Assembly: GCA_965230935.1 (NCBI GenBank)
Contig: OZ246400.1
Coordinates: 694,359 to 758,358 of the forward strand
Source: an uncultured Gammaproteobacteria bacterium
GTDB lineage: Bacteria; Patescibacteriota; Patescibacteriia; Magasanikbacterales; JBBTQS01
Length of the DNA stretch: 64,000 nucleotides
Direction of reading: 5' to 3'
In this document: positions 40,643 to 50,496 of the stretch, one piece after another
How positions within the stretch are numbered: the stretch's first letter is position 1
How the letters are laid out: the number at the start of each line of letters is the position of its first letter
Notes under the pieces: generated by a model
Told to the model about the DNA's origin: nothing
Database searches by the model: none
What the model saw: the letters and a program-made list of their open reading frames with translations, nothing else
Position numbers and translations under genes: made by a program

Positions 40643-41116
40643 ATGGCACGAGGTTGGGGGAGTGCTGCTAATTATCGAAAGAGCAACCGCCATGAATCGG
40701 TTGCTTTTGTGGTTGATGGGCATGTCATGCAACTCACCATGCGGGTAATGAAGACAAAAACTGTACAGCATCGCCAGCGTGCAAGTGAGAAACTGGTTGA
40801 TGCGCTGTGTGACTTGGCATGTATTGATATTTGTACGGTAAAAATTAGTGATACAAAACAATATCACAAAAAGCGCGCAGGACGAACCGTTATGAAGCAA
40901 TACGGATACTATCGGGTAGCGTCCCAATATATTTACATCCAAAATCGCACTGCAGTCCGTGGGCAGATTTTGGCAGCAAAGACGTTTTTGAACACATTGT
41001 TGCATGAGTGGATGCATCATTATGATCATTGTGCACTGGGTCTTAATTCAATTCATACTGCAGGGTTTTATAAACGATTAGGTAATCTGCAAAAGCAGCT
41101 GCTTGGGGAATTGTAG
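40643..41116 (+). CDS. SprT-like zinc metallopeptidase domain protein
   Basis: HExxH motif LLHEWMHHYDH in a roughly 150 aa protein. Confidence 0.45.
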   Translation: MARGWGSAANYRKSNRHESVAFVVDGHVMQLTMRVMKTKTVQHRQRASEKLVDALCDLACIDICTVKISDTKQYHKKRAGRTVMKQYGYYRVASQYIYIQNRTAVRGQILAAKTFLNTLLHEWMHHYDHCALGLNSIHTAGFYKRLGNLQKQLLGEL

Positions 41117-41194
41117 TGGGAAAGGTGTGCGTATGGTGAGGATCTGTCAATCTTGGCAGATTTTTTGTATCGCGCTATAGTGCTCTAATGTCTT

Positions 41195-42586
41195 TTGGAG
41201 GAAATAATGGGCCGTAAGTTCTTGATGAACGTCGCGTGCACACTTCTGATGGGTGCATGTCAGTCTGTGGTGCCGGATGCTTTTTCTGGTGGTGTGGTTG
41301 TTTCGGACGCTGATGTGGGGTTGGTTCCGGCGGGTTCAAGTGGCGTTATATCAACGGGTGTTGCAGATGGTGTAGGTGTGGTGTTGGATGAGTCCCAGGA
41401 TACGCAGCGTGGCGACGAGGCGGAGATGGACTCTCAACAGGATGGCGAGCCGACGATTGAGCACCAAGACGAAGTGATCGCTGTTGAGGAGCGCCTTGCT
41501 GGAACCTGTTGGTACATCGATCCAGCCAAGCACTGGCTGGACGAGACCAACGCAGTGCTTGCCATGAGCAACGACGATGTGGTGGTGATCGGGAACACCC
41601 ACGTGGCAGTGAGTGAGTACGCTGTACAAAAAGATGCCGTGATCACGCTACTCAATCGCTCAGGAGATCTGCTTTGGCAAGAGCAGCTCGGGTGGACAGA
41701 CCATGACGACCTTACCGCTGCTGTGGTGAGGGATGATACCCGATTTTTAGCCGTTGGGAACACACGTTCTTCTGGATCAGGTGGATCGGACGCGTGGATC
41801 ATAGAGATGGATGTGAGTGGTGAGCTGATTTGGGAGGAAGATTATGGCGGCGTGAACAATGATGTTGCTCGTTCGATCGCTCGTGATCTTGAGGGCGGGT
41901 ACATTGTTGTTGGCAATACTGGAAATGTGGTTGATGGTGTTGCCACGTCACCCTGGATATTTCGCATTAGCGAAATGGGACTTATGCAGTGGGGGAAGAT
42001 TTTAGGGCTCAAGCAGGGCGGCGTGCTTTCTGATGTGATTCGCATTAGCGAGAACGAATTTGTTGCGGTTGGCTCGACCGTGATGGATAGTGATGGAGAA
42101 ATCAAAACTATTCTGGTGCGGTTTGCACAAAATGGTGGTGTGATTTGGCAGGTGCTGCATAGCGCGATCCCGTATCAGGTTGGTCAATCAGTGGTGCAGA
42201 CCGCAAGTGGTGACTTTGTCATCACCGGCTATGCCGACATCGGTGAGCAATACCTGCATGACGGTTTTGTCCTACGCGTTACCGCTGAGGGTGGGTTTGT
42301 TTGGCAAAAGACATTGGGTGGTGATTACTATGACACCTTTACTGCAGCGGCCTGGACACTTGGTGATCATGTCTTGTTGGCAGGACTGACTCGTTCGTAT
42401 GGGTACGGCGGGGCTGATATGTGGTTGGTCAAGATGAAAGCTGGCGGTCAAGTGCTCTGGGAACAGGCCCATGGCACTCCTGATTTTGAAAAGGCTAACG
42501 CGGTGTTACCGCTTGAAGATGGGATGATTCTAGCGGGTCGCGGTGGGGTGTACCGACTCAATACGCATGGGCAGCTGTGTCCATAA
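41195..42586 (+). CDS. beta-propeller repeat lipoprotein (SBBP-like repeats), GC-enriched (cassette H)
   Basis: Lipobox LLMGAC. Seven approximately 50-aa repeats of the pattern VGNT..G..DAWI..D.SG...W. Promoter TTGGCA-17-TATAGT, GGAGG RBS. 3' flank TAACAACATAACAACGCACC plus hairpin. Confidence 0.6.
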   Translation: MEEIMGRKFLMNVACTLLMGACQSVVPDAFSGGVVVSDADVGLVPAGSSGVISTGVADGVGVVLDESQDTQRGDEAEMDSQQDGEPTIEHQDEVIAVEERLAGTCWYIDPAKHWLDETNAVLAMSNDDVVVIGNTHVAVSEYAVQKDAVITLLNRSGDLLWQEQLGWTDHDDLTAAVVRDDTRFLAVGNTRSSGSGGSDAWIIEMDVSGELIWEEDYGGVNNDVARSIARDLEGGYIVVGNTGNVVDGVATSPWIFRISEMGLMQWGKILGLKQGGVLSDVIRISENEFVAVGSTVMDSDGEIKTILVRFAQNGGVIWQVLHSAIPYQVGQSVVQTASGDFVITGYADIGEQYLHDGFVLRVTAEGGFVWQKTLGGDYYDTFTAAAWTLGDHVLLAGLTRSYGYGGADMWLVKMKAGGQVLWEQAHGTPDFEKANAVLPLEDGMILAGRGGVYRLNTHGQLCP

Positions 42587-42707
42587 CAACATAACAACGC
42601 ACCTCGTTATCCTTGAGCTTGGATGGCGAGGTTTGCATTGCCAAAAGTGCTTTTTCAGGCCAATATAGAGATATGGTAAGAAAATAGAGACCATTGCGTC
42701 AGATATC

Positions 42708-43235
42708 ATGAAGAGTTATTCCATGGTTTCAGAAAAAGCATTTCTCAAAGCCTATCGAAAGCATGCAGATGCTATTTTTCGTCATTGCTTTTTTCGAGTA
42801 TTTTCACGCGAACGTGCACAAGAGTTGCTCCAGGAGACATTTATGCGTACGTGGAAATATCTTGTGGCAGGTAATGAGATACAAAATCTTCGTGCTTTTT
42901 TATACCGCGTGGCAAACAATCTTATTGTGAGTGAGTCGCGTAAAAAGAAAGAGGAATCGTTGGATGCACTTGCTGAACAAGGGTTTGATTTGCCGGATGC
43001 TGATGCTGTGCTTGCCATTTATACTGAGATTGAACGCAACTGCTTACATGAGTTGATCCAAGAACTTGATCCGCAGTATCGACAAGTTATTGTGATGCGA
43101 TACATTGATGGATTACCCCCGCGTGAAATTGCTGTTGTGCTTGGAGAAAGTGCAAATGTGGTTTCGGTACGGATTAATCGAGGGGTACAAAAACTTCGAC
43201 TATTATCACAACGATATGTTTCAGAACCGATTTAA
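42708..43235 (+). CDS. ECF-type RNA polymerase sigma factor
   Basis: Sigma-70 region 2 (FMRTWKYL..YRVANN) and region 4 (LPPREIAVVLGESANVVSVRINRG). Confidence 0.8.
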   Translation: MKSYSMVSEKAFLKAYRKHADAIFRHCFFRVFSRERAQELLQETFMRTWKYLVAGNEIQNLRAFLYRVANNLIVSESRKKKEESLDALAEQGFDLPDADAVLAIYTEIERNCLHELIQELDPQYRQVIVMRYIDGLPPREIAVVLGESANVVSVRINRGVQKLRLLSQRYVSEPI

Positions 43236-44106
43236 AATATTTACTCGACGAGCGAAGAAGATTCGTTTGAGCAAGACAGAGCGCGATGCAACAGAACGTG
43301 AATTGTTAGCATACATGCGGGCGAATCCTATGCAGCAGGTAAGAAATAGTGGGGTCATGCGTCAACTATTACAGAAGGGCCCCAATCATTCATTAACGCA
43401 AAAACCTATGTTACTTAAACCAACCGCAATCGCACTTATGGCTGTGTTACTGTTAGGTGTTGGTACGAGCTATGCTGCAGAGCAAGCATTGCCTGGAGAT
43501 ACGCTATATCCGGTAAAGACTGAAGTTAACGAGCGAGTCCGTGGCGCATTTACCTTTTCTGAGGAAGGAAAAGCACGTTGGGAGTCAAATAAAGCAGGAC
43601 GACGCTTGGGAGAATTTGCGCAGTTGCGCACACGTGATGGACGCGTTTCAGAAGAAATGCTTTCACACTTGCAAGAAAAATTTGATCAGCATGCACAACG
43701 GGTGCAAGAGCGAATTGTGATTGTGCGTGAAAAGTATGGCGATGAAAAAGCCAATGCGCTTGCAGATCATTTTGCTCACGCAGTGCAATATCATGAAGAG
43801 GTGATTGAGCGATTGAGTGATGGCACCGTAGACCAAGAGGATATCGATGCATTTAGAGCGCATGTGCAAGAGCGCCAAATACAAATGAAAGAGCATCATG
43901 ATCAGATGCGCACCTTTCATCAAGAGGTTAGAGCGCAAGTAGAATCAGGAGAGATCTCAAAAGACGAGGCACGCACCAAGTGGCAAGAATGGAAGATGCA
44001 GAACCCCATGCCATTTATAAAGCATCATCGAGGATTGAAGAAAGGAAAAGTTCGTGGTGAGCGACCAGTACCAAACACCGAACCGAGTGCTGCACCGACG
44101 ATCTAG
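43219..44106 (+). CDS. membrane-anchored anti-sigma factor-like protein
   Basis: Overlaps the sigma gene by 17 nt. Single TM (AIALMAVLLLGVG). Extracytoplasmic coiled-coil domain. Confidence 0.55.
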   Translation, partial: FQNRFKIFTRRAKKIRLSKTERDATERELLAYMRANPMQQVRNSGVMRQLLQKGPNHSLTQKPMLLKPTAIALMAVLLLGVGTSYAAEQALPGDTLYPVKTEVNERVRGAFTFSEEGKARWESNKAGRRLGEFAQLRTRDGRVSEEMLSHLQEKFDQHAQRVQERIVIVREKYGDEKANALADHFAHAVQYHEEVIERLSDGTVDQEDIDAFRAHVQERQIQMKEHHDQMRTFHQEVRAQVESGEISKDEARTKWQEWKMQNPMPFIKHHRGLKKGKVRGERPVPNTEPSAAPTI

Positions 44107-44125
44107 CCACCATATAGCAATGAAC

Positions 44126-44152
44126 CTAAACCGCTGCGATGAGCAGCGGTTT
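44126..44152. terminator. bidirectional hairpin terminator
   Basis: AAACCGCTGC/GCAGCGGTTT stem. Confidence 0.5.
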
Positions 44153-44891
44153 AGCGTTTGCGGATTTTCATCAACTCTTTCTTTTGTTCTTTAGAAAGTT
44201 TTTCAGTTGCCGCATGCCATCCGGCAGAGGGGATTTTTGCAGCGAACTTTTGAAGATATTTCCACGTGGCTCCAGGATAGGCCCACCCTATTTCGCGAAG
44301 CGTCCAACCGACTGCTTTTTGCACGTAGAAATGGTCGTCATCCATTAGGTTGGTGATCAGTGGAAATATTTTTGTTTTGGGTAGTACAAGACGATGAGGC
44401 CGAAAGTATAGAAACAACGAAACGAGTGATTGCCGACGTTCCCAAGGATTCTTTGATCGGTTCCATGATTTAAGTTGCGGGTAAATTTTTTTAGGAAACC
44501 GATTAAGAAGTTCGTTATATACTTCAGAGAGTCTGTCCGAATGTTCCCAGTTATCAAGTGTCTTTGCCCACTCTTTGAGAATGTGCCAATCTCTCAGCGT
44601 GAGTTTCTTCTTTTCGCGTTGCAAATAGATTGCCGTAACACTCCGCACTTCATATACTTTGGTAGCGTGCCAAATCTGATCCCAGATGGTAACGACGTCA
44701 TGAATCGGCTGATTGTAAAAGCTAAATTTCTTTTTTTCCACCGCTCGGATCTTTGGTACTCGCAGTCCAAGCATCGTCAAGGTGAGTCCGGGAAAAAAAT
44801 TATATGTTTGCGTACAAAGTTTGGTATGTGCTGGGTTGGCAAATGGTTTAAGAGCAAGCAATACCTCGGATTCGAATTTATTGCTGGGCAT
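44151..44891 (-). CDS. DNA alkylation repair protein (AlkC/AlkD-like HEAT-repeat glycosylase family)
   Basis: NWEHSDRL and YVQKAVGWTLRE motifs. Start moved to MPSNKF to avoid overlap with spoU. Confidence 0.7.
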   Translation of the reverse strand: MPSNKFESEVLLALKPFANPAHTKLCTQTYNFFPGLTLTMLGLRVPKIRAVEKKKFSFYNQPIHDVVTIWDQIWHATKVYEVRSVTAIYLQREKKKLTLRDWHILKEWAKTLDNWEHSDRLSEVYNELLNRFPKKIYPQLKSWNRSKNPWERRQSLVSLFLYFRPHRLVLPKTKIFPLITNLMDDDHFYVQKAVGWTLREIGWAYPGATWKYLQKFAAKIPSAGWHAATEKLSKEQKKELMKIRKR

Positions 44892-45357
44892 AGGGAAGGA
44901 TGTAATAGGCAATCGCACCAAAGGCAACCGAAACATTAAGTGATTTTTTCATGCCAAGCATGGGGAGGTGAACGGTGGTGTCACAATATTTGAGCTGGGC
45001 CGGCTTGAGTCCGTCGACTTCATTTCCCACAACAAGTACCATGGGGAATTTTGGTTTCCATGTCCGGTAGTCGATGCTTTTTGGCGACTCTTCGAGTGCA
45101 ACGATATGGTAGCCATTCTTTTTAAATTTCTTCAGAAGCGGCCCTAAGGTTTTGCGCCGTTCCCAAGGAATTACCTGTTCAGCACCAAGAGAAACTTTAT
45201 CAAGTCCTTTATGTCCTGGTTCTGGAGTCCAGCCCACAAGATAGATTTTGGAAACACCGATTGCATCGGCAGTTCTAAAAAATGCGCCAACGTTGTGCGC
45301 TGAGCGAATATTGGGTAAGACTACAATGATGTCATTTTTTTTAGAACTAGTTTCCAT
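44878..45357 (-). CDS. SpoU/TrmH family RNA 2'-O-methyltransferase
   Basis: SAHNVGAFFRTADAIGV, LVVGNE, SLNVSVAFGIA SPOUT motifs. Confidence 0.75.
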   Translation of the reverse strand: METSSKKNDIIVVLPNIRSAHNVGAFFRTADAIGVSKIYLVGWTPEPGHKGLDKVSLGAEQVIPWERRKTLGPLLKKFKKNGYHIVALEESPKSIDYRTWKPKFPMVLVVGNEVDGLKPAQLKYCDTTVHLPMLGMKKSLNVSVAFGAIAYYILPYAQQ

Positions 45358-46777
45358 AGTGAGGCATGTCAGACGCAAGTCGATCTTTGAGCCAGTTTTT
45401 TAAAAATACCGTGGCGCGTACATCATCTTCATTATATCGAATGATGTCGTTAAGCACCTCCCGATCGTTGGTCGCCAGCCACTTTTCATACCAAAAAATA
45501 CTTTGTGCGCCACCAGCTTTTTTGTGTCGCCAAGAAAATCCTAAGTGCTTGCAGATATCTTTGATAGAGTAAAAATAAAGCGGAAAGATAAGGCATTGCT
45601 TAACCGTGGTAAACAGGTCAAACAAGTTGGACGTAAATGTCTCAAGTTCATTTGAGCCGCCGTATTTTTCCTCGAGCATGGTGAGACGACTTTTCTCATA
45701 TGGCGCGTAATGGAAGACTGTATATTCTTCAGGTAATGTTTTGAGCCACCGCAAAAATTGTTTCCACATGTGCTCTTCCTGTTCTGGTTGTTCTGCTAAA
45801 AACATCAGGTACTCATTAGTGTCTTCGCGTAAAAATCCAAACAGATATTCCACTCCAAGGAGTGGATCGCCTTCAATATCAAAATGAATAAGTAGTCCGG
45901 TATTTGGTATTTTTGGAGTTTTGATAACGCGGATTTCCTTGTGGGCGAGTGACTCAGCTTGTAACTTCATCCGATCAAGCGCCGCGCTATTCATATAGGG
46001 GATTTTGGGAAGTGTCGCCGGGTTCATCAGCGCCGCATCGTCGACGGTATTGATACCTACTTTACGAAGGGCTGAAATTGAATGGCGATTGACATTGTAG
46101 AGTAGGGAGATGTCATTTGCTTCTTCTGCCTGCGCAACACATTGTGTGTTCCATGGACCTTGTAAGCAGGTGCGAGTAAGCACCAATTCTGGCTTTTCGC
46201 CATCAAGTACCGCTTCGATTTGATTTTTGCGACGGCTGAACCGTTTGAGAAATGGTTTTGGTTTAAAATCAATGTGTTCGTGGTTAATATTGATGATGCT
46301 GCAGTGTTTAGGAAAGGTGCCTTGGATGTGTTCGAGTAGTAGCGCATAAAATGTAAGTTGCATTTTCTGTACGGTTTTAAGCGAGCGACTACTTTTAATA
46401 TCTACTGCCTCATAGTAATAATCACCAAAGGTAGATCTTCCGGATTTACGCACGAGTAGGTCTGGGCGACCGGACCACGTGCGTTCATCAATCTTCGCAA
46501 CAAGTGCTCCTTGGTAAATTGTTTCCACTCCTTGCTCCATGAGTGTCATGGTGGCACGAGCAGCATCTTCCGTTTTGCCGACAGGGACTTCAACAAAGCT
46601 TTTGTCTTCAATGTATTCTTGCTCATGTGCAACCCCTTGCTCAATGAGTTTTTCCATCAACTCTCCCATTTGTCCCTTCTTCCGCTTGTCAGCAAACAAA
46701 TCAAACCAGATCCAGTGCGGACAAAAGTCGTACTGGTAGAACATGGAGGCAGTAAGTTTTGATTTTGCCTTAGGCAT
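45347..46777 (-). CDS. RecB-family (PD-(D/E)xK, Cas4-like) nuclease fused to RNase H-like domain (TM0106-like)
   Basis: N-terminal FCPHWIWFD Cys motif, EAVDIKS D-x-K motif, C-terminal IHFDIEGDP DEDD-like exonuclease motif. Confidence 0.55.
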   Translation of the reverse strand: MPKAKSKLTASMFYQYDFCPHWIWFDLFADKRKKGQMGELMEKLIEQGVAHEQEYIEDKSFVEVPVGKTEDAARATMTLMEQGVETIYQGALVAKIDERTWSGRPDLLVRKSGRSTFGDYYYEAVDIKSSRSLKTVQKMQLTFYALLLEHIQGTFPKHCSIININHEHIDFKPKPFLKRFSRRKNQIEAVLDGEKPELVLTRTCLQGPWNTQCVAQAEEANDISLLYNVNRHSISALRKVGINTVDDAALMNPATLPKIPYMNSAALDRMKLQAESLAHKEIRVIKTPKIPNTGLLIHFDIEGDPLLGVEYLFGFLREDTNEYLMFLAEQPEQEEHMWKQFLRWLKTLPEEYTVFHYAPYEKSRLTMLEEKYGGSNELETFTSNLFDLFTTVKQCLIFPLYFYSIKDICKHLGFSWRHKKAGGAQSIFWYEKWLATNDREVLNDIIRYNEDDVRATVFLKNWLKDRLASDMPHYGN

Positions 46778-47022
46778 TATGCATGTTTGGCTTCGAGTTT
46801 GCGAAATCGCTCATCGCTTTGTCGCAAGTGTTGGTGAAGAAGTTGGTTGGTACCGTTTCCGGTTTTCTCAACGCGATCAATACGATCATTAAGCATACCA
46901 AAACCATGCTTGATGATTTCTACAAGTTCATCAAACCGGCGATCGATCCGTTCAAAATGCGCGTCAACCACATTGCAGCGGTCATTAAATTGTTTAAAGG
47001 TGACATATTGTTGCATAGCCAA
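46777..47022 (-). CDS. small coiled-coil hypothetical protein
   Basis: 81 aa, charged/helical. Confidence 0.3.
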   Translation of the reverse strand: MAMQQYVTFKQFNDRCNVVDAHFERIDRRFDELVEIIKHGFGMLNDRIDRVEKTGNGTNQLLHQHLRQSDERFRKLEAKHA

Positions 47023-47074
47023 ATGAAGTTAAGGATATTATGACATAATATCCCGTTTTCCGGCACGTGTCAAT

Positions 47075-47746
47075 CTAGTGCTTAAGTAACTCGTCCCATT
47101 TTTTGTATAACGCTCCGGTAGCAACTACATCACGCCAACAGTATTGCGCGATCTCAAGATATTTCCCGTCAGCGTATGCTTGGCCTACTTTGTCTCCACT
47201 CATGCCATCTTTTTTCGGACTGGTAATCCCAAATGCTTGGGTAAAGGTATCAAGATTGTAGCGACGCGACGCACCGTAGAAGGTGAGTTGGTCGAGTAAG
47301 TCACAGTGTGTTTTGTAATCATAGCGGTAGGGCACAAGGTTTTGTGTGGTTTTGATTCCTAAAAAAGCACTACGTAACATGAGCATTGGTCCGTCAAAGG
47401 TTCGTCCATTAAAGGTGATGAAATGATTAAACTTCGTCATGGCTTCCCAAAACATCGTAAGGATTTCTTTTTCTGTTCCGGTGATAAACTGGGCGCCGTC
47501 TTCTTCAAATGAATCAATTTGTTTATCTCCTGATGAGAAAAATACTTTGCCTTTGCCGCTATGTGGGTTCATCATAGCGATGGTCACAATTTGCGCTGTT
47601 GGTACCCACAACGCAGTTTGGGTTTTAATTTGATCAGCATCATCTTCTGATTTTGCGTACTTCAAATAATAATCCTGTTGCGCTTGATCAAGTTCGTCAA
47701 AAGGGATGCCAATGGTTTCGATATCAAATACTACTGAAGCCATAGA
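47075..47746 (-). CDS. predicted 3'-5' exonuclease (PolB-exonuclease-like, RNase H fold)
   Basis: VVFDIETIG (Exo I) and YCWRDVVAT (Exo III-like). Start at MASVVFD. Confidence 0.6.
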   Translation of the reverse strand, partial: SMASVVFDIETIGIPFDELDQAQQDYYLKYAKSEDDADQIKTQTALWVPTAQIVTIAMMNPHSGKGKVFFSSGDKQIDSFEEDGAQFITGTEKEILTMFWEAMTKFNHFITFNGRTFDGPMLMLRSAFLGIKTTQNLVPYRYDYKTHCDLLDQLTFYGASRRYNLDTFTQAFGITSPKKDGMSGDKVGQAYADGKYLEIAQYCWRDVVATGALYKKWDELLKH

Positions 47747-47819
47747 ATAGAGGTTATGAATGAGTATGTATAACTTACCGCTTTTCAGATGGGCTCGCAA
47801 GCGGTAGTATGGAAGGCAT

Positions 47820-48464
47820 ATGACGATCAAAGCCCGTGCAAAAGAGATTTTGAAGCGACTGAAAAAAAGTTATCAAACAAGACCAGAGGAGTTTGTCCAT
47901 TGGTCTACACCTTTGGAGTTGGTGGTGGGTACTGTGCTTTCCGCGCAATGTACTGATGAGCGCGTGAATAAGGTTACCGTAAAGTTGTTTCAAAAGTATC
48001 GGACTGCGCAGGATTATGCGAACGCGTCGCTCGTTGAGCTAGAAAAAGATATTCATTCAACAGGATTTTATAAAAGTAAGGTTCGGTATTTGAAAGGGTT
48101 GGGACAGATTCTGGTTGAGAAGTACGATGGTAACGTGCCAGATTCAGTTGAAGGATTGGTCGAGTTGCCCGGGGTGGCAAAAAAGACTGCGTATCTGGTT
48201 ATGGCAAAGGCATATGGGAAAATGGAGGGCGTGGCCGTGGATACGCACGTTAAGCGTGTGGCGCCGCGATTGGGGTTGACGAAACAGACAAATCCCGATA
48301 AAATATCGACCGATCTACAAGATGTAGTTGAACAAGAGCAGTGGCTGAATATCAATGAGTATTTGATCTTGCACGGACGTGCGATTTGCAGTCCGCGTAA
48401 GCCTAAGTGTGGTGAGTGTCCACTCAACGATATTTGTCCAAGTGCGTTCACATTTGAAGATTGA
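47820..48464 (+). CDS. nth: endonuclease III
   Basis: HhH-GPD (LPGVAKKTA), catalytic Lys/Asp, 4Fe-4S CxxxxxxCxxCxxxxxC at C-terminus. Confidence 0.9.
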   Translation: MTIKARAKEILKRLKKSYQTRPEEFVHWSTPLELVVGTVLSAQCTDERVNKVTVKLFQKYRTAQDYANASLVELEKDIHSTGFYKSKVRYLKGLGQILVEKYDGNVPDSVEGLVELPGVAKKTAYLVMAKAYGKMEGVAVDTHVKRVAPRLGLTKQTNPDKISTDLQDVVEQEQWLNINEYLILHGRAICSPRKPKCGECPLNDICPSAFTFED

Positions 48465-48506
48465 TTCGGAGGTAAAAAGTTGTTATAGTGATATAACATC
48501 TTTTTT

Positions 48507-48890
48507 ATGAAAACCAATCTTCGTAAGCGTGCTATCCGTCTACGCAAAAATGGATGGTCGTACAACATAATCAGAGATCGGTTAGGTGTATCAAAAAGCA
48601 CGCTCAGTTTGTGGTTACGGGATATACCGTATGTGCCAAATGAGGCTGTACGAAAACGAATTCGTAATGGTCCGGCAAAAGCCGCCGAAGTGTTTAATAG
48701 AAGACAGCGCAAAAGAACTGCAATTATTAAGCAAGAAGCTGCCGAGGAAATTGGTGTATTGAGTAAGCGGGATTTATTTATCTTGGGCGTTGGCCTTTAT
48801 ATTGGTGAAGGTGGAAAGAGTAAGAGTCAGGGCTTGTGGGAATTCCACTTATGGTGTAGAATTGCATCGCAGAATTATGGGTTGGATTGA
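48507..48890 (+). pseudogene. truncated HTH plus LAGLIDADG-like homing endonuclease gene fragment
   Basis: Resolvase-type HTH (GWSYNIIRDRLGVSKSTLSLW) followed by LFILGVGLYIGEGGKS (LAGLIDADG-like dodecapeptide), then premature end 27 nt before tRNA-Gly. Confidence 0.35.
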
Positions 48891-48916
48891 AGCGATTTAC
48901 AGTCAAAGTCCATAAC

Positions 48917-48987
48917 GCGGGTATGGTGTAATGGTAACACGAAAGGTTTCCAACCTTTTGATGCGGGTTCGATTCCCGCTACCCGCT
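48917..48987 (+). tRNA. tRNA-Gly (anticodon UCC)
   Basis: Cloverleaf: acceptor GCGGGTA/TACCCGC, D-arm GTGT-AATGGTAA-CAC, anticodon stem AAAGG/CCTTT with loop TTTCCAA, T-arm GCGGG-TTCGATT-CCCGC. CCA not encoded. Confidence 0.85.
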
Positions 48988-49200
48988 CATCAAAACAAAA
49001 CGTCTTAGTTGTTGCTAAAAAGATTCAGGCTGGAGATTTGGCAGGTATTGGTGTGACACGGCTTAAGGGGAGACGAGATGTATTGCGTGCAAGGGTAGGA
49101 AAAGTTAGGATCCTTTTCGTAGAGTTTACGGGTGAGTATCGAATTATTTCTATCGAGTGGCGATCAGAGAATACATATAAACAGACGAAGTCATAACCAT

Positions 49201-49974
49201 ATGCGTTTTTTAGAAAATTGCAAACTCATCATCAATCGACAGACCATTATTGTTACAATTCTTGCCCTTGTCTCGACATATCTTGCAAGAAAGTTTCAGG
49301 TAACCGCCAACTTCCCCCTTACGCTTATTGGTATTGCGATTGTTTTTCCTGTGGTGTTTTCAATTGGTGAGGCGTATAAGAGAAGGGAAAAGGCCCTTGA
49401 TCAGTATGGGATTCTCAAAGCGCATGGCAGAGCAATGTATTTTGCGTCGAAAGATTGGATACGTGATAACAGTTCAGATTCAGAGAAAAAGCTCAAGAAA
49501 ATTTTGAAGGATCTATTTAAAGACACTACAATTTTTTTTCATACTAGCGATAAGAAAGAAGCGCTCAAAAGAGAAAAAAAGCTGTATCAAAATTTTGCCC
49601 AACTTTCATCATTCATTGAAGAAATGAGAGAAAGAGGCCTCTCAGGAAGTGAAGTTTCGCGAGTGAATCAATACTTAAGTAAGATGTTGAGCTCTTTTGA
49701 ACTTCTCAAACACATCTATCAGTATAGGACGCCGCGGACGCTACGGCTCTATAGCAAGTTGTTTATTTTTCTATTACCGATACTCTACAGTCCATATTTT
49801 GCGCATATCTCTTTAGAATATTCCCGGGGGCTCGAGTATGCTATGCCGATATTGTTTAGTCTTGTGTTGGTAAGTTTGGATAACATTCAAGACCATTTGG
49901 AAAATCCGTATGATCAACATGGGCAAGATGATGTTACGTTTAATGCAGAAAAGTTTACAGAGAATTTAGAGTAG
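49201..49974 (+). CDS. bestrophin-like/UPF0187 family membrane protein (tentative)
   Basis: Four hydrophobic helices and conserved RTPRTLRLY-type segment. Start at ATG 49201. Confidence 0.4.
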   Translation: MRFLENCKLIINRQTIIVTILALVSTYLARKFQVTANFPLTLIGIAIVFPVVFSIGEAYKRREKALDQYGILKAHGRAMYFASKDWIRDNSSDSEKKLKKILKDLFKDTTIFFHTSDKKEALKREKKLYQNFAQLSSFIEEMRERGLSGSEVSRVNQYLSKMLSSFELLKHIYQYRTPRTLRLYSKLFIFLLPILYSPYFAHISLEYSRGLEYAMPILFSLVLVSLDNIQDHLENPYDQHGQDDVTFNAEKFTENLE

Positions 49975-49996
49975 GTAAATAGATTCACTAGTACAT

Positions 49997-50446
49997 ATGC
50001 CACTCAATGAAAAAGACACGTATTTTGTCGCAGTAAAAGTATTCCTTCTCAATCAAGAGGGGGAGCTATTTATTTTTAAGGATAATTTTGGTGATTGGGA
50101 TTTGCCTGGTGGTCGGATTAAACCGGATGAGTTTGATACTCCGCTTGAGCAGATCATTGCTCGTAAGATGAAAGAAGAGTTAGGTGAAAATGTCCAATAT
50201 ACATTGGGTAAGCCGGTGGTACATATGCGTCATGAACGAGTAGAACAAAGTGAAGGGAATCCAGCGGTGCGTATTTTCGCAGTTGGATATGAGGCACAGC
50301 TTGATTCAGAGGAGGTACAACTTTCTTCACGACACACCGAAAGTGAGTGGGTCGATCCAAAAACATTTGATCCAACACAGTACTTTACCGGTGGTTGGCT
50401 TAAGGGTATTCAAGAATATCAGCAACTCAGGCAAAATGTCGAGTAG
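49997..50446 (+). CDS. NUDIX hydrolase
   Basis: Nudix box GGRIKPDEFDTPLEQIIARKMKEELGE. Confidence 0.75.
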   Translation: MPLNEKDTYFVAVKVFLLNQEGELFIFKDNFGDWDLPGGRIKPDEFDTPLEQIIARKMKEELGENVQYTLGKPVVHMRHERVEQSEGNPAVRIFAVGYEAQLDSEEVQLSSRHTESEWVDPKTFDPTQYFTGGWLKGIQEYQQLRQNVE

Positions 50447-50496
50447 CGTCGTAATGTATGCATCATCTCACCCCACACCTCAACGGAAACGAAAAA

